A DNA stretch of 64,000 bases from Octopus sinensis (lineage: Eukaryota). The stretch spans positions 23,436,001 to 23,500,000 of the forward strand of contig NC_043017.1 in NCBI RefSeq assembly GCF_006345805.1, in the 5' to 3' direction. A model generated the notes under the pieces. The model ran no database searches and was not told the DNA's origin. It worked only from the letters and a program-made list of their open reading frames with translations. The position numbers and the translations under genes are program-made. Shown here in pieces: positions 53,752 through 64,000 of this stretch; the stretch's first letter is position 1, and the number at the start of each line of letters is the position of its first letter.

Positions 53752-53966
53752 GGCTGGCAGAATTGTTAGCATGCCGGGCGAAATGCGTAGCTGTATTTCG
53801 TCTGCCGTTACGTTCTGAGTTCAAATTCCGCCGAGGTCAACTTTGCCTTTCATCCTTTCGGGGTCGATTAAATAAGTACCAGTTACACACTGGAGTCGAT
53901 GTAATTGACTTAATCCGTGTGTCTGTCCTTGCTTGTCCCCTCTGTGGGTAGTAAAGAAATAGGTAT
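53752..53966 (+). mobile_element. SINE family B inserted in an older family B copy
   Basis: Old-copy halves on both sides (TCAACTTTGCCTTTCACC upstream; ATCAACTAACTTCTCCCC downstream). Confidence 0.8.
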
Positions 53967-54067
53967 CAACTAACTTCTCCCCATCACAAACAAATTGATG
54001 GTCTTCTGTCTAAATTTGAAACAATTTTGTAAAGGTGATGAGCTGACAGGATTGATAGCACATCAGG

Positions 54068-54826
54068 CAAAATGCTTAGCAGCATTTCTTCAGTTCTTAG
54101 AGTTACAAGTTCAAATTCCACTGAGATCAGTTTTGCTTTTCACTCTTTTGGAGTCGATAAAATAAAGTACTGGCCAAGGACTGGGGCAATGTTATTGGCT
54201 AGCCACCTCCCTTTGAAATTGCTAGACTTGTACCAAAATTTGAAACAATTATTGTTATCACTAAGTTTGACTTTCTGTTTTTTCTCTCTGTGATCAATAA
54301 ATTTGTGCCAGTCAAGTACTATGGTTGATAACATCGAGTAAACCTCTCTTCTCAAAATTGCTGGCTTTGTGCCAAAATCAGAAACCATCGTTGTCAAGGA
54401 GGAGGTAGTAAGCTTGCAGAATTGTTAGCATATCAGACAAAATGCTTAGCAGCATTTCTTCAGTTCTTAGAGTTACAAGTTCAAATTCCACTGAGATCAG
54501 TTTTGCTTTTCACTCTTTTGGAGTCGATAAAATAAAGTACTGGCCAAGGACTGGGGCAATGTTATTGGCTAGCCACCTCCCTTTGAAATTGCTAGACTTG
54601 TACCAAAATTTGAAACAATTATTGTTATCACTAAGTTTGACTTTCTGTTTTTTCTCTCTGTGATCAATAAATTTGTGCCAGTCAAGTACTATGGTTGATA
54701 ACATCGAGTAAACCTCTCTTCTCAAAATTGCTGGCTTTGTGCCAAAATCAGAAACCATCGTTGTCAAGGAGGAGGTAGTAAGCTTGCAGAATTGTTAGCA
54801 TATCAGACAAAATGCTTAGCAGCATT
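54068..54826. repeat. 370-bp direct tandem duplication
   Basis: Period of exactly 370; the ORF-track translations 54072/54442 and 54140/54510 are identical. Confidence 0.95.
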
Positions 54827-55215
54827 AATCTTTATGTTCTAAGTTCAAATTCTGCTCATGTTGGCTTTGCCTTTCTTTTCAAGTTGATAAAATAAGTACC
54901 AGTTGAACACTGGGGTTAATGTAATCAATTATCCCTCTCCTCCAAAATTTTAGGCCTTGTACCTATAGAAAAGATTATCATTATTATTATTATTATTAAG
55001 GCAGTGAGCTGGTAGAATTGTTAGTGAGTCGAGCAAAATGCTTAGTAGCTTTCCTTCCAGTTTTATATTCTGAGTTCAAATTCTGCAGAGGTCAACTTTG
55101 CTTTTCATCGTTTTGGGGTTGATGAAATCGGTTCCAGTGGAGCCCTGCAGTTGATGTAATCAACTAGCCCTCTCCACTACATTTCAGGTCTTGTGCTTAT
55201 ATTAGAAAGGATTAT
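54780..55215 (+). mobile_element. Two older family B SINEs in tandem, joined by (ATT)n tails
   Basis: Consensus similarity. Other old copies near 6950-7360, 17200-17410, 25440-25640, 58850-59110 and 62690-62900. Confidence 0.75.
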
Positions 55216-55550
55216 TATTATTTACTAATATGTGCAGTAAATTGGACTATTATTTATTTCTTGTCAAGGGACAAATCTCTTGTAGGGTAAGCCATTAGTT
55301 GTCATTTTTACTTACTACTAAAGATAAAATCAGCACTGTTACATCAATGAATCACCCATTGGTTCTTGTGACTATGAAGCTATTGTCAATTATACCTCAC
55401 TGTGGTACCTTGTTGTAAGCAGGTAGATTTAACCTATTATGAAACTGAACATTTCATGGCCATCGCAGCCATGCCTTTCTTAAGTGTTGCTCCTGTAACG
55501 TACTAGCAATTGCTGCCAGTTTCCTAAATGTTTTTCCTTTTAATATCCAG

Positions 55551-55627
55551 GTGAAGTAAAGAAACACCCTGAAAAAAGATATGATGCTTTCCGTGAAGAT
55601 GCTTACAAAATGGCATATGTTCAGTTG
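55551..55627 (+). CDS. MRPL23: MRPL23 exon 4 (GEVKKHPEKRYDAFREDAYKMAYVQL)
   Basis: Acceptor TAATATCCAG|GT, donor TTG|GTGAGT; 77 nt. DYKVAYVQL-type motif. Confidence 0.94.
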
Positions 55628-55984
55628 GTGAGTAAAAGAAAAAAAAATCCATGAATAATCTTATATTGTAAAAGTCAACCTGTCTGTCTGTCATAACATG
55701 TGTAGAAAGAGGGAAGAAGGGAAGGAGAAAAAGTTGTTGAGAGAAATACAGTGAGAGAGAGAGTGAAAGATAGATAGATAGGTAGTGTCTTCACCATATA
55801 ACTAAGTTTTGATTTAAAACATGGGAATTTTAAGTGAAACTCTGTCAACACAGACTAGCAAATATTTTTAGTGGTAACACAGTGATGGGTAGCGACCTGA
55901 TTAGTATAATTAGGGAGGTAATTGTAGTTTTGATATGTGTAGAAGATTGTTTGGGATTTTGTTTTCATTTGTATATCTTTATTC

Positions 55985-56182
55985 ATTTACTTGTTTTCTG
56001 TCATTGGGCTATGGCCATGCTGGGGCATTGAAGGGTTTTTAGTCAAACAAATCTGTCCAGTACTTAATTTTAAAGTCTGGTGCTTATTCTATCAGTCTCT
56101 TTTGTTGAACTGCTAAGTTACAAGGACATTAATAAACCAACACTGTTGTCAAACAGTGGGGAGAGGCATCACAAACTCAAAG

Positions 56183-56214
<32 letters not shown>

Positions 56215-56350
56215 GAGTCTTCTTTTAGTTTCCATCTACCAAAAGCACTCACAAGGCTATAGTAGAAGACACGTGCCCATGGTGCCATGCAGTTTGATTA
56301 AACCTGAAGCCACATGGTTGGGAAGAAAACTTCTTACCAAACAGCCATGC
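55985..56350 (-). mobile_element. SINE family A, older variant
   Basis: Diverged consensus. Similar old or partial copies near 900-1320, 11845-12440, 18990-19170, 30125-30505, 41240-41400, 41838-42170, 52875-53035 and 59865-59985. Confidence 0.75.
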
Positions 56351-56519
56351 TTGTAAAGAGTTTAAAGGAATAAATTATCTTGTTTGTGTGTGTGTGTGTA
56401 CAAAGTTCTTCTGTTGACATACACAGATGCACATGTTGAAACCAACCCATGCATATCTGATCAACAAACTCAAATTTATAGGATTAGGATTGGCAGAATC
56501 AAAATATGAGATTTAACTT

Positions 56520-56830
56520 TGTGGCACGTAAAAAGCACCATCCGATCGTGGCCGTTTGCCAGCCTCGTCTGGCCTCTGTGCCGGTGGCACGTAAAAAGCA
56601 CCATCCGATCGTGGCCGTTTGCCAGCCTCGTCTGGCACCTGTGCAGGAGGCACGTAAAAAGCACCCACTACACTCACGGAGTGGTTGGCGTAAGGAAGGG
56701 CATCCAGCCATAGAAACACTGCCAGATCAGACTGGGCCTGGCGCAGCCTTCTGGCTTCCCAGACCCCAGTTGAACTGTCCAACCCATGCTAGCATGGAAA
56801 ACGGACGTTAAACGATGATGATGATGATGA
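56520..56830 (+). mobile_element. RTE-tail element (family R)
   Basis: Same consensus. Further copies at about 29808-29955, 30710-30935 and 35165-35435 (+) and 60485-60775 (-), plus older variants. Confidence 0.88.
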
Positions 56831-57677
56831 ATCTCTCAGTATTTCTGATCTACATATCTTTTATTCTTCACTTGCTGTCTCTTCCTCTTCTAATCATGCT
56901 CTGTATTTATACCCTGCCTTTGTATTTTTATGGAGTCTCACTCACTACTACCACTAAACAAAGCAACTCCTTTGAAACTTGTCCATTGGCCCATTTTACA
57001 TGGCATTATGGAAGCAGCCTGCATCAGTTGTTAGTTGCTAAGACATTGCATCATTTCACAAATTCCTACTTTCCCAAAATTCACCAACACTTCTCCTGAC
57101 ATCCTTGTGCACACTTTCCTGTTAACTTGTCATTTTGTTTTATCCTATACACTGTGCATATACCTTTGACTATCACTGCTTTTCTTTACTTGACTTTTGC
57201 TATTTTCTGACCCCCCTCTTAATCTCACAATAAGCTCGTTATTATTAATTAGATTGAACTTGCAATCTTTCCTCTCACCAAACCTTTATGTTTCCTCTAA
57301 AATGTTACAAAGCAAAATTGGAAGCCTGTTCTTATATGAAATTAACTTTTCATTTCTAAGCTGTAATGGGAGATTCTCCTTGTATATTGATCACCAAATT
57401 CTCACAAACAAATGATTTAGCTTAGATATGGAACAGCTTCTAATAAATTTATCATCATTTTTTTATGCTTGTATCTGGCTGTAGAAAAATTCTGTCTCAA
57501 TAAAAGTAAACATTAAGACATAATATATGTATTTAGTTGCTAGAAATTCTTGCTATAGGGAAGTTTATGGGGTTACAAGGAAAATTACATTGTAGGGTTT
57601 GAAGTTTAAGAATTGAATAAGTATGTCATTCTTTTGAGTTCATTTTTGTAAGTTATATTGTTTTTTTGATTCCCCAG

Positions 57678-57833
57678 GGTGGAGACCACACATTTGAATT
57701 TCCAGATATTTTTGATGGAAAGAAAACCAATATTGAGAAAGAAATTGAAGAATTCCAAAACCTGAAGAAAAAACAATCACTTGATGAACAAAAGAATTGG
57801 AGTAAACTTTCTTTACCTCCTTGGTTTCGATAG
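57678..57833 (+). CDS. MRPL23: MRPL23 exon 5, last coding exon (GGDHTFEFPDIFDGKK...LPPWFR*)
   Basis: Acceptor ATTCCCCAG|GGT; TFxFPDxF motif; C-terminal PxWF; TAG at 57831-57833; total CDS 480 nt. Confidence 0.94.
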   Translation, partial: GGDHTFEFPDIFDGKKTNIEKEIEEFQNLKKKQSLDEQKNWSKLSLPPWFR

Positions 57834-57867
57834 TAATAACCTTCACAATATTGTAGTTTTTGAAATT

Positions 57868-57873
57868 AATAAA
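57868..57873 (+). terminator. Candidate polyadenylation signal AATAAA for MRPL23
   Basis: AATAAA 35 nt after the stop, followed by a T-rich tract. Confidence 0.55.
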
Positions 57874-57914
57874 TTTGCAGTTTGTTATATTCTTTGTTTA
57901 CATTATTATCATTG

Positions 57915-58290
57915 CCAGTGGCACGTAAAAAGCACCATCCGTTCGTGTCCGTTGCCAGCCTTGCCTGGCCCCCGTGCCTGTGGCACATAAAAAGCACCAT
58001 CCGTTCGTGTCCGTTGCCAGCCTCGCCTGGCCCCCGTGCCGGTGGCACATAAAAAGCACCATCCGTTCGTGACCGTTTGCCAGCTCTGTCTGGCACCTGT
58101 GCGGGCGGCACGTAAAAAGCACCCACTACACTCACGGAGTGGTTGGCGTTAGGAAGGGCATCCAGCCGTAGAAACACTGCCAGATCTGACTAGGCCTGAT
58201 GAAGTCTTCCGGCTTCACAGACCCCAGTTGAACCGTCCAACCCATGCTAGCATGGAAAACGGATGCTAAACGATGATGATGATGATTATG
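57915..58290 (+). mobile_element. RTE-tail element (family R) with three tandem ~55-bp units
   Basis: GTGGCACRTAAAAAGCACCATCCGTTCGTG repeated three times; (GAT)n tail. Confidence 0.88.
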
Positions 58291-58434
58291 TATTCTGGCT
58301 CTATATGATCTGAATTCAAATCCTGCTGTGGTCAACTTTTCCTTTCATTCCTCTGGAGTCTATAAAATAAAGAACCACTTGCACATTGCGATCGATATAA
58401 TTGACTAACATCTGCCCCCAAAATTTCAAGCTTT

Positions 58435-58808
58435 TCTCTTTTACTCGTTTCAGTCATTTGACTGCGGCCATGCTGGAGCACTGCCTTCTAGTCGAGTAAA
58501 TTGACCCCAGGACTTATTCTTTGTAAGCCTAGTACTTATTCTATCAGTCTCTAAGTTACGGGGACGTAAACACACCAGCATCGGTTGTCAAGCAATGGTG
58601 GGGGGACAAACACAAACACACATATATATATATATATATATACACATATATACGACGGGCTTCTTCCAGTTTCCGTCTACCAAATCCACTCACAAGGCTT
58701 TGGTTGGCCCGAGGCTATAGTAGAAGACACTTGCCCAAGGTGCCATGCAGTGGGAATGAACCCGGAACCATGTGGTTGGTAAGCAAGCTACTTACCACAC
58801 AGCCACTC
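58435..58808 (-). mobile_element. SINE family A
   Basis: Same consensus. Confidence 0.88.
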
Positions 58809-59399
58809 AATTATCATCATCTTATTTCAGCTCTTTGTGTTCTGAATTCAATATCTGCTGAAATCAACTTGGCATTTCATCATTTCTGGGTCAGTGAAAT
58901 AGAGTACCAGTGAGTACCTTCTTCCTCTAAATTTCAAGATCTGTGCCTATGGCAGAATCGTTAGCATTCCAGGCAAAATGCTTAGCAGCATTTCGTCCAT
59001 CTGTATGTTCTGAGTTCAAATAGTCGAGGTCAACTTTGCCTTTCATCCTTTCGGGGTCAATAAAAATAAGTACCAGTTGAATACTGGGGTCACTGTAATT
59101 GACTAGCCTGCATGGAAAATGGACATTAAATGATTATGATGTGTGTCTGTGTTTGCCCGCATCCTACCTCACTCAACAGCCGGTGCTGTGGTGTTTATGT
59201 CCCCATGATTTAGTGCTTCGGCAGAACAGATCAATAAAATAAATATCACACTTTAAAAAAAAAAGTACTGGAGGTGATTCATTCAATAAAAAATTCCTCA
59301 AGGTGGTGCCCCAGTATGGCCACAGTCTAATGACTGAAACAAGTAGATAAAATACATAAAATATATATATATAAAAAAAGGGAATTTTTTTAAAAAAGA

Positions 59400-59405
59400 T
59401 TTATT
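59400..59405 (-). terminator. Candidate polyadenylation signal AATAAA for NUP37
   Basis: TTTATT on the plus strand about 50 nt after the NUP37 stop. Confidence 0.5.
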
Positions 59406-59453
59406 ATAGAAATAAAGTGAATTATGAAATATAGATGTATAACATGTACGACT

Positions 59454-59570
59454 TCAAGAAGCTGTTGCTGACCAGAAATATACAAATTTGTCTCCACCAA
59501 CAGCAAATATTGGTAGGTTTAGATGCCATGTGAGTCCTGAGCCCACAGCGTATGACTGGGACATAAGTAA
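59454..59570 (-). CDS. NUP37: NUP37 last exon (LLMSQSYAVGSGLTWHLNLPIFAVGGDKFVYFWSATAS*)
   Basis: Acceptor TTCTTTCTAG|TTA; AVGSGLSWH..LP....GGD....FW motif; TGA at 59454-59456. Confidence 0.94.
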   Translation of the reverse strand, partial: LLMSQSYAVGSGLTWHLNLPIFAVGGDKFVYFWSATAS

Positions 59571-59994
59571 CTAGAAAGAAACAAAAGAAACACAATTCAA
59601 CAGTCGTTCTCAATATGGTTATATCAAATAGTGATCAAAATAACATTACACATTGTTGTAACAACATATATAACATTGAAAACTCCTGCTGCCAAATTAA
59701 TAAATAGGTAAGGAGCAGATTTTTAGTCAAAGGATTGTGAGTTCATTCTCCACCATTGGTGCCTCGTAGCCTGTATGTTGTGCTCACAATCATAAGATCC
59801 CTCTCTCTCTCTTTCGGAGAGGCACAAGGACCTATACGCACATATACACACACCGAAGTAACTTCCACCTACCGAATTCAATCACAAAGCTTCGGTCGAC
59901 TCGGGGCTATAGCGGAAGACACCTACCCAAAGTGCCATGCAGTAGGACTGAACCTGAAACCATGTAGCTAGGAAGCAAGCTCCCGATATCCAGA

Positions 59995-60175
59995 CTGGGT
60001 GGTGCATTGTGTTCTTGAGCAAAACATTTCATTTCACATTGTTCCAGTCCACTCAGCTGTAAATAGATAACCCTTCAATGGACTAGCATTCTATTCAGGG
60101 AGAATATTGTGATCATGGTCACTTGTACACCATAGAAACCAGGAAACTGACCCCTATGAATCCTTCGGTTTAAGA
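59995..60175 (+). mobile_element. SINE fragment with V-domain-like motif (ATGGACTAGCATTCTATTCAGGG)
   Basis: GTGTTCTTGAGCAA...CCAGTCCACTCAGCTGTA; related minus-strand fragment at about 29958-30100. Confidence 0.5.
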
Positions 60176-61467
60176 CAGTAATGTCTAGGTTGATGATGGT
60201 GATTGCAACTGCACTATATTTTTGAAAATAGTTAAAAACTCTTTAAGGTCTCGCAGACTTTTTGTCTACATGTCTCCAAGTTGTTTGAGAATGAGTAAGA
60301 GGTCATCACTGACATAGGTACAATATTCAGGAGAAAGAATTTATGCCTGCTTCATAATGAATTAGAAACTGACAACCCTGAGCGAAAAGGTTCTGAAGAA
60401 GAAACCGAGTTTTTCTGTTTCAGTTTTGAATGTGTAGAAAATATGAAGTGACATTGTAAACAGTGATTTGCACTGATGAGAGATCATCATCATCATCATC
60501 ATCATTTAGCATCCGCTTTCCATGCTAGCATGGTTTGGATGGTTCAACTGGGGTCTGGGAGCCAGAAGGCTGCACCAGGCCCAGTCTGATCTGGCAATGT
60601 TTCTACGGCTGGATGCCCTTCCTAATGCCAACCACTCCATGAGTGTAGTGGGTGCTTTTTATGTGCCAGACGAGGCTGGCAAACGGCCACGGTCGGATGG
60701 TGCTTTATACGTGCCACTGGCACAGGTGCCAGACAAAGCTGGCAAACGGCCACGGTCAGATGGTGCTTTTTATGTGGGGGCAATATTTCGATTGTAGTTG
60801 AAGGAGCAGTTAAAGTATTTGAAGGAAGAACAGAAGTTATAGACATGAAGCATGCAAAATACAGAGAATGTAGAAATACTTCAGTAAACATTTGTAAAGG
60901 TTTAACAATGAGACAGCATGTGTCATCTTTTAATCTCATCACCCTCAGGCTGCATTCGATCACTTCTACCCTCTCTCTCTTCTACTCTTCTAAAATGTGA
61001 GTTGTACGTAGCTCCTCTACATAGAAAATTAAAACCTGTTCTGCTCTGGACCCTTCTCTTGTACTTTTACTCATCTTTTGCCCCTCAAGTCCCTTTTTTT
61101 TCCCTAGGGGTCTGCAACCTTGCAAACTGTGTGATAACCTCACTAGTGCCAGAGACACGAAAATAGCATCCGCTACACACTGTAAAGTGTTAGGGAGGAA
61201 ATCCAACTGTAGAAACCTTGCCAAATCAGACACTAGAGCATGATGCAGTCCTCAAGTCCATCAGATCCTGTCAAACTGTCCAATCCACACCAGCAGGAAA
61301 CATGGATGTTTGATGATGATGAGGAGGAGGAGAAAGGAACATTTATTGCAATAAACTGAGGTGGGTTAAAGTTGGGAAAATGGAAGCTGTCAGTAAAACG
61401 AAAATTTACTGCTTACAAAAGAAATGGTATTCTTTTTATTTAGTTATTTATTTTTGTTACCACATAC

Positions 61468-61603
61468 CTGTTGACCTTTGACATTGAATAATTTTACTTG
61501 ACAGCCTGGATGTCCAATGGTAGCCAAAAGGTTGTCTGAACATTTACACCAACGAAGCTGAGTAATACCATCAGGATGGGCTTGTTTCTTATCAGCTGGA
61601 CCA
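61468..61603 (-). CDS. NUP37: NUP37 penultimate exon (GPADKKQAHPDGITQLRWCKCSDNLLATIGHPGCQVKLFNVKGQQ)
   Basis: Acceptor CATATTTCAG|T, donor CAG|GTATGT; 136 nt. Matches RW..SENLFATTGYPG. Confidence 0.93.
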
Positions 61604-61721
61604 CTGAAATATGAAAGAGAGTATAATGACAGAAAAGCAACATCAGTAAAATATTCGTTAACATTTCATTGCTATTTTAAACCTTGGTTTGTTAGTTTCC
61701 AGAACAGAGAAACACAGTATA

Positions 61722-62040
61722 GAGTTAGTTAGTTAATTTTTTGGTTCAAAAAGCAAAATGCAAGGCCATGTAGGGGGACATGGAGTTATGTACAGGGTAG
61801 TGTTCATGTAAAGAGTTCAGGCCACTTGTGGTCAAGGGAGACTTTGAACCGAGTAATACCATCAGCGGTCATCGGCATCTTCACTATCTCGTCCGGCAGC
61901 TTATTCCACGGATCCGCAACCCGGACGGAGAAAGCCCCTCTCCTTCGATTGAGATGAAATCGTCGCAGATAGAGCTTTTTGGAGTGACCCCGCAGCCGAC
62001 GCTCTGGAGCAGAAGTAACCTCAGCTGGCTCAACTCAAGC
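61722..62040 (-). mobile_element. 5'-truncated CR1-clade LINE 3' end
   Basis: RLRGHSKKLYLRRFHLNRRRGAFSVRVADPWNKLPDEIV...FKVSLDHKW*, short 3'UTR and (AACT)n tail. Confidence 0.85.
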
Positions 62041-63047
62041 TAATCAAACATTGAAGAAAGACATAAGGTTATACAGAGCATAGGACACTAGACTGTAGCA
62101 CTAAGAAGAACATGGAAGCAGGGGAACCAACTTCAGTGTTAGTTGCTTGGCTATCTATGCAGATCTTCAATAGAGAAAGAGTATTCAAGATACTCGGAAT
62201 TGACAGTGGGAGTCATCTTGAAGAGAGACTAAGGAGAAACAAGAGTTGGATTGAAGTCCCAGTGTGCAGCCCTTGCATTTATACCCAGTTGGCGGATATG
62301 ACATAGACAACAGCCAAGAAGTCAATGGCATGGCTTGCATTTATATCTCCATCCACTAAGGTGCTGTGGGGGCTATAATTCATCACTGCTAGTAGCAGAA
62401 TTAACAAGTGATCTTTAGCTTGCAATGCTCAATGCTTACAGAGCTTGACCCAGTTCTGTAGTAAAAGCACATGATAAAAATAAAACTACTGAACTATAAT
62501 AATAGTAATAATGTTTGTCATGTTGTGTGTTTCAAAGTTATGCTATAAATAACCTTAACTATGAAATAAAATCAAAGATATAATCAAAATTTTTATAATA
62601 AAGAAACAAAGATCTATAAATTTAAGCATCACAATAGAAATAAGAGTATGTATAAAACATAGAATTTCCATGGGGATGGCTAAGTAATAATAATAATAAT
62701 CCTTTCTACTAAAGGCACAAGACCTGAAATTTTGGGAAAGGGGGCTAGTCAGTTACATCAGCCCCAGTGTTTCACTGGTACTTAATTTATCGACCCTGAG
62801 AGTATAAAGGGCAAAGTCAACCTTGACGGAATTTGAACTCAGAACATAAAGATGGACAGAATGCTGCTTAGCTTTTCACTCAGCAGCTCACTGCCTTAAT
62901 AACAATAATAATGGTATTTAACATTAACAATAACAGTCTATGGTTTTATTAAAAAATAATATCACATGCTATGTAAGAAATCCCTTGTATACCAAGCCTC
63001 ACAATGGTGTGCTGACCTACTTTTGTAACGACATCAGATGAACCTAC

Positions 63048-63229
63048 CTAGATACAGAGGAATCAAATAATATCCAGTCTGTGGCTGCAGCAGCAACAAC
63101 AGCAAGAGAATTGATATGGCACCAATCTGCTGCCATGAGTGGAGCTTGACCACAGTCCAGTGACATGATAGGTTGCTGGTTATGAAGACTGAAGAACCGA
63201 ATTATACCATTCTTTTGTGCTACAAGAAT
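63048..63229 (-). CDS. NUP37: NUP37 internal exon (ILVAQKNGIIRFFSLHNQQPIMSLDCGQAPLMAADWCHINSLAVVAAAATDWILFDSSVS-S); upstream exons not found in this window
   Basis: Acceptor TTTCTCTTCAG|ATT, donor AG|GTAGGT; 182 nt. Matches LMVAEKNGTIRFYD...QAILSLESEQVPLMSAHWC. Confidence 0.94.
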
Positions 63230-63542
63230 CTGAAGAGAAAAACAAAGCCATAAGTTAAAAGTAACTGACAACAGAAAAGTGTTTCCACTGAAAATAACAT
63301 TTCATTTAACGATAATGAAGTTGTGATAGAATGGTGAAGATAAGGAAAGACAAATTAGGAAATGAATATGTCTGAATGTGTGTAGACATATGTGCACGGA
63401 TGTGTGTAGACACAATAAGTATGTGAATGGTTAAGAAGTTTGCTTCACAATGACAATGTCCCAGGTTTGGTTTCTCTACATGAGAGTGCAATTCTGTCTG
63501 AGGGAAAGGTCATTTGTGATAGAATGGTATCCTCTCCGTGTG

Positions 63543-63780
63543 AAGGCGGCGAGCTGGCAGAAACGTTAGCACGCTGGGCGAAATGCATAGCCATATTTCG
63601 TCTGCCGTTAGGTTGTGAGTTCAAATTCCGCCGAGGTCAACTTTGCCTTTCATCCTTTCGGGCTCGATAAATTAAGTACCAGTTACGCACTGGGATCGAT
63701 GTAATCGACTTAATACCTATGTCTGTCCTTGTTTGTCCCCTCTATGTTTAGCCCCTTGTGGGTAATAAAGAAATAGGTAT
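63543..63780 (+). mobile_element. SINE family B with 17-bp TSD
   Basis: GGTATCCTCTCCGTGTG at 63526-63542 and 63776-63792. Confidence 0.9.
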
Positions 63781-64000
63781 CCTCTCCGTGTGTTTCAGCT
63801 ATTTAACACCACAGAAACCAGAGACAAGCTGAAGCTCAACAGGAAGTGTGTGGCCATGAAAGAACAACAGAGGAGTATCAGTTGTGATGTTCATGCATTT
63901 GCCTAGGATATTTATCAATAGCACACATGAAATAACCTCGAGTAGCAACAGAAACTGAGTGAGAAAGTCATTTGAACCAGAACTCAATACTGCAACAAGA

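Noticed and set aside
57915-58110. Regularly spaced repeats resembling a CRISPR array
   Set aside because: The whole ~55-bp unit repeats with no unique spacers; it is the VNTR of family R in a eukaryotic genome with no cas genes.
63799-63987. ORF as the next upstream NUP37 exon
   Set aside because: No frame matches the expected SPGMSVCWHP-type segment; that exon is probably beyond the window.

Overview
AT-rich, repeat-dense animal genomic DNA. The repeat families and proteins suggest a coleoid cephalopod, probably Octopus (inference, no database check). Three spliced genes were reconstructed by hand with GT-AG sites and consistent reading phases. (1) CASD1 (sialate O-acetyltransferase), minus strand: six 5' exons from the ATG at 40983 down to 101, running off the left edge, with a ~26.6 kb intron 2. 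(2) MRPL23, plus strand, complete: 5 exons, 48265-57833, 159 aa. (3) The last three exons of NUP37, minus strand, 63229-59454, convergent with MRPL23. The rest is mostly tRNA-derived SINEs of several families, RTE/CR1/CRE-like LINE fragments, piggyBac-, hAT-, mariner- and Merlin-like MITEs, and microsatellites. Most long ORFs in the supplied track are repeat artefacts. Best leads: inverted SINE pairs beside CASD1 exons 2 and 3; a 61-bp fold-back in MRPL23 intron 1; a hairpin-rich element with hammerhead core motifs in non-canonical order; a SINE with a twin-priming-type inversion; a 12-nt insertion in a CR1 fragment apparently copied from the neighbouring NUP37 exon; and two local tandem duplications. 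Repeat boundaries are approximate unless defined by TSDs or TIRs.
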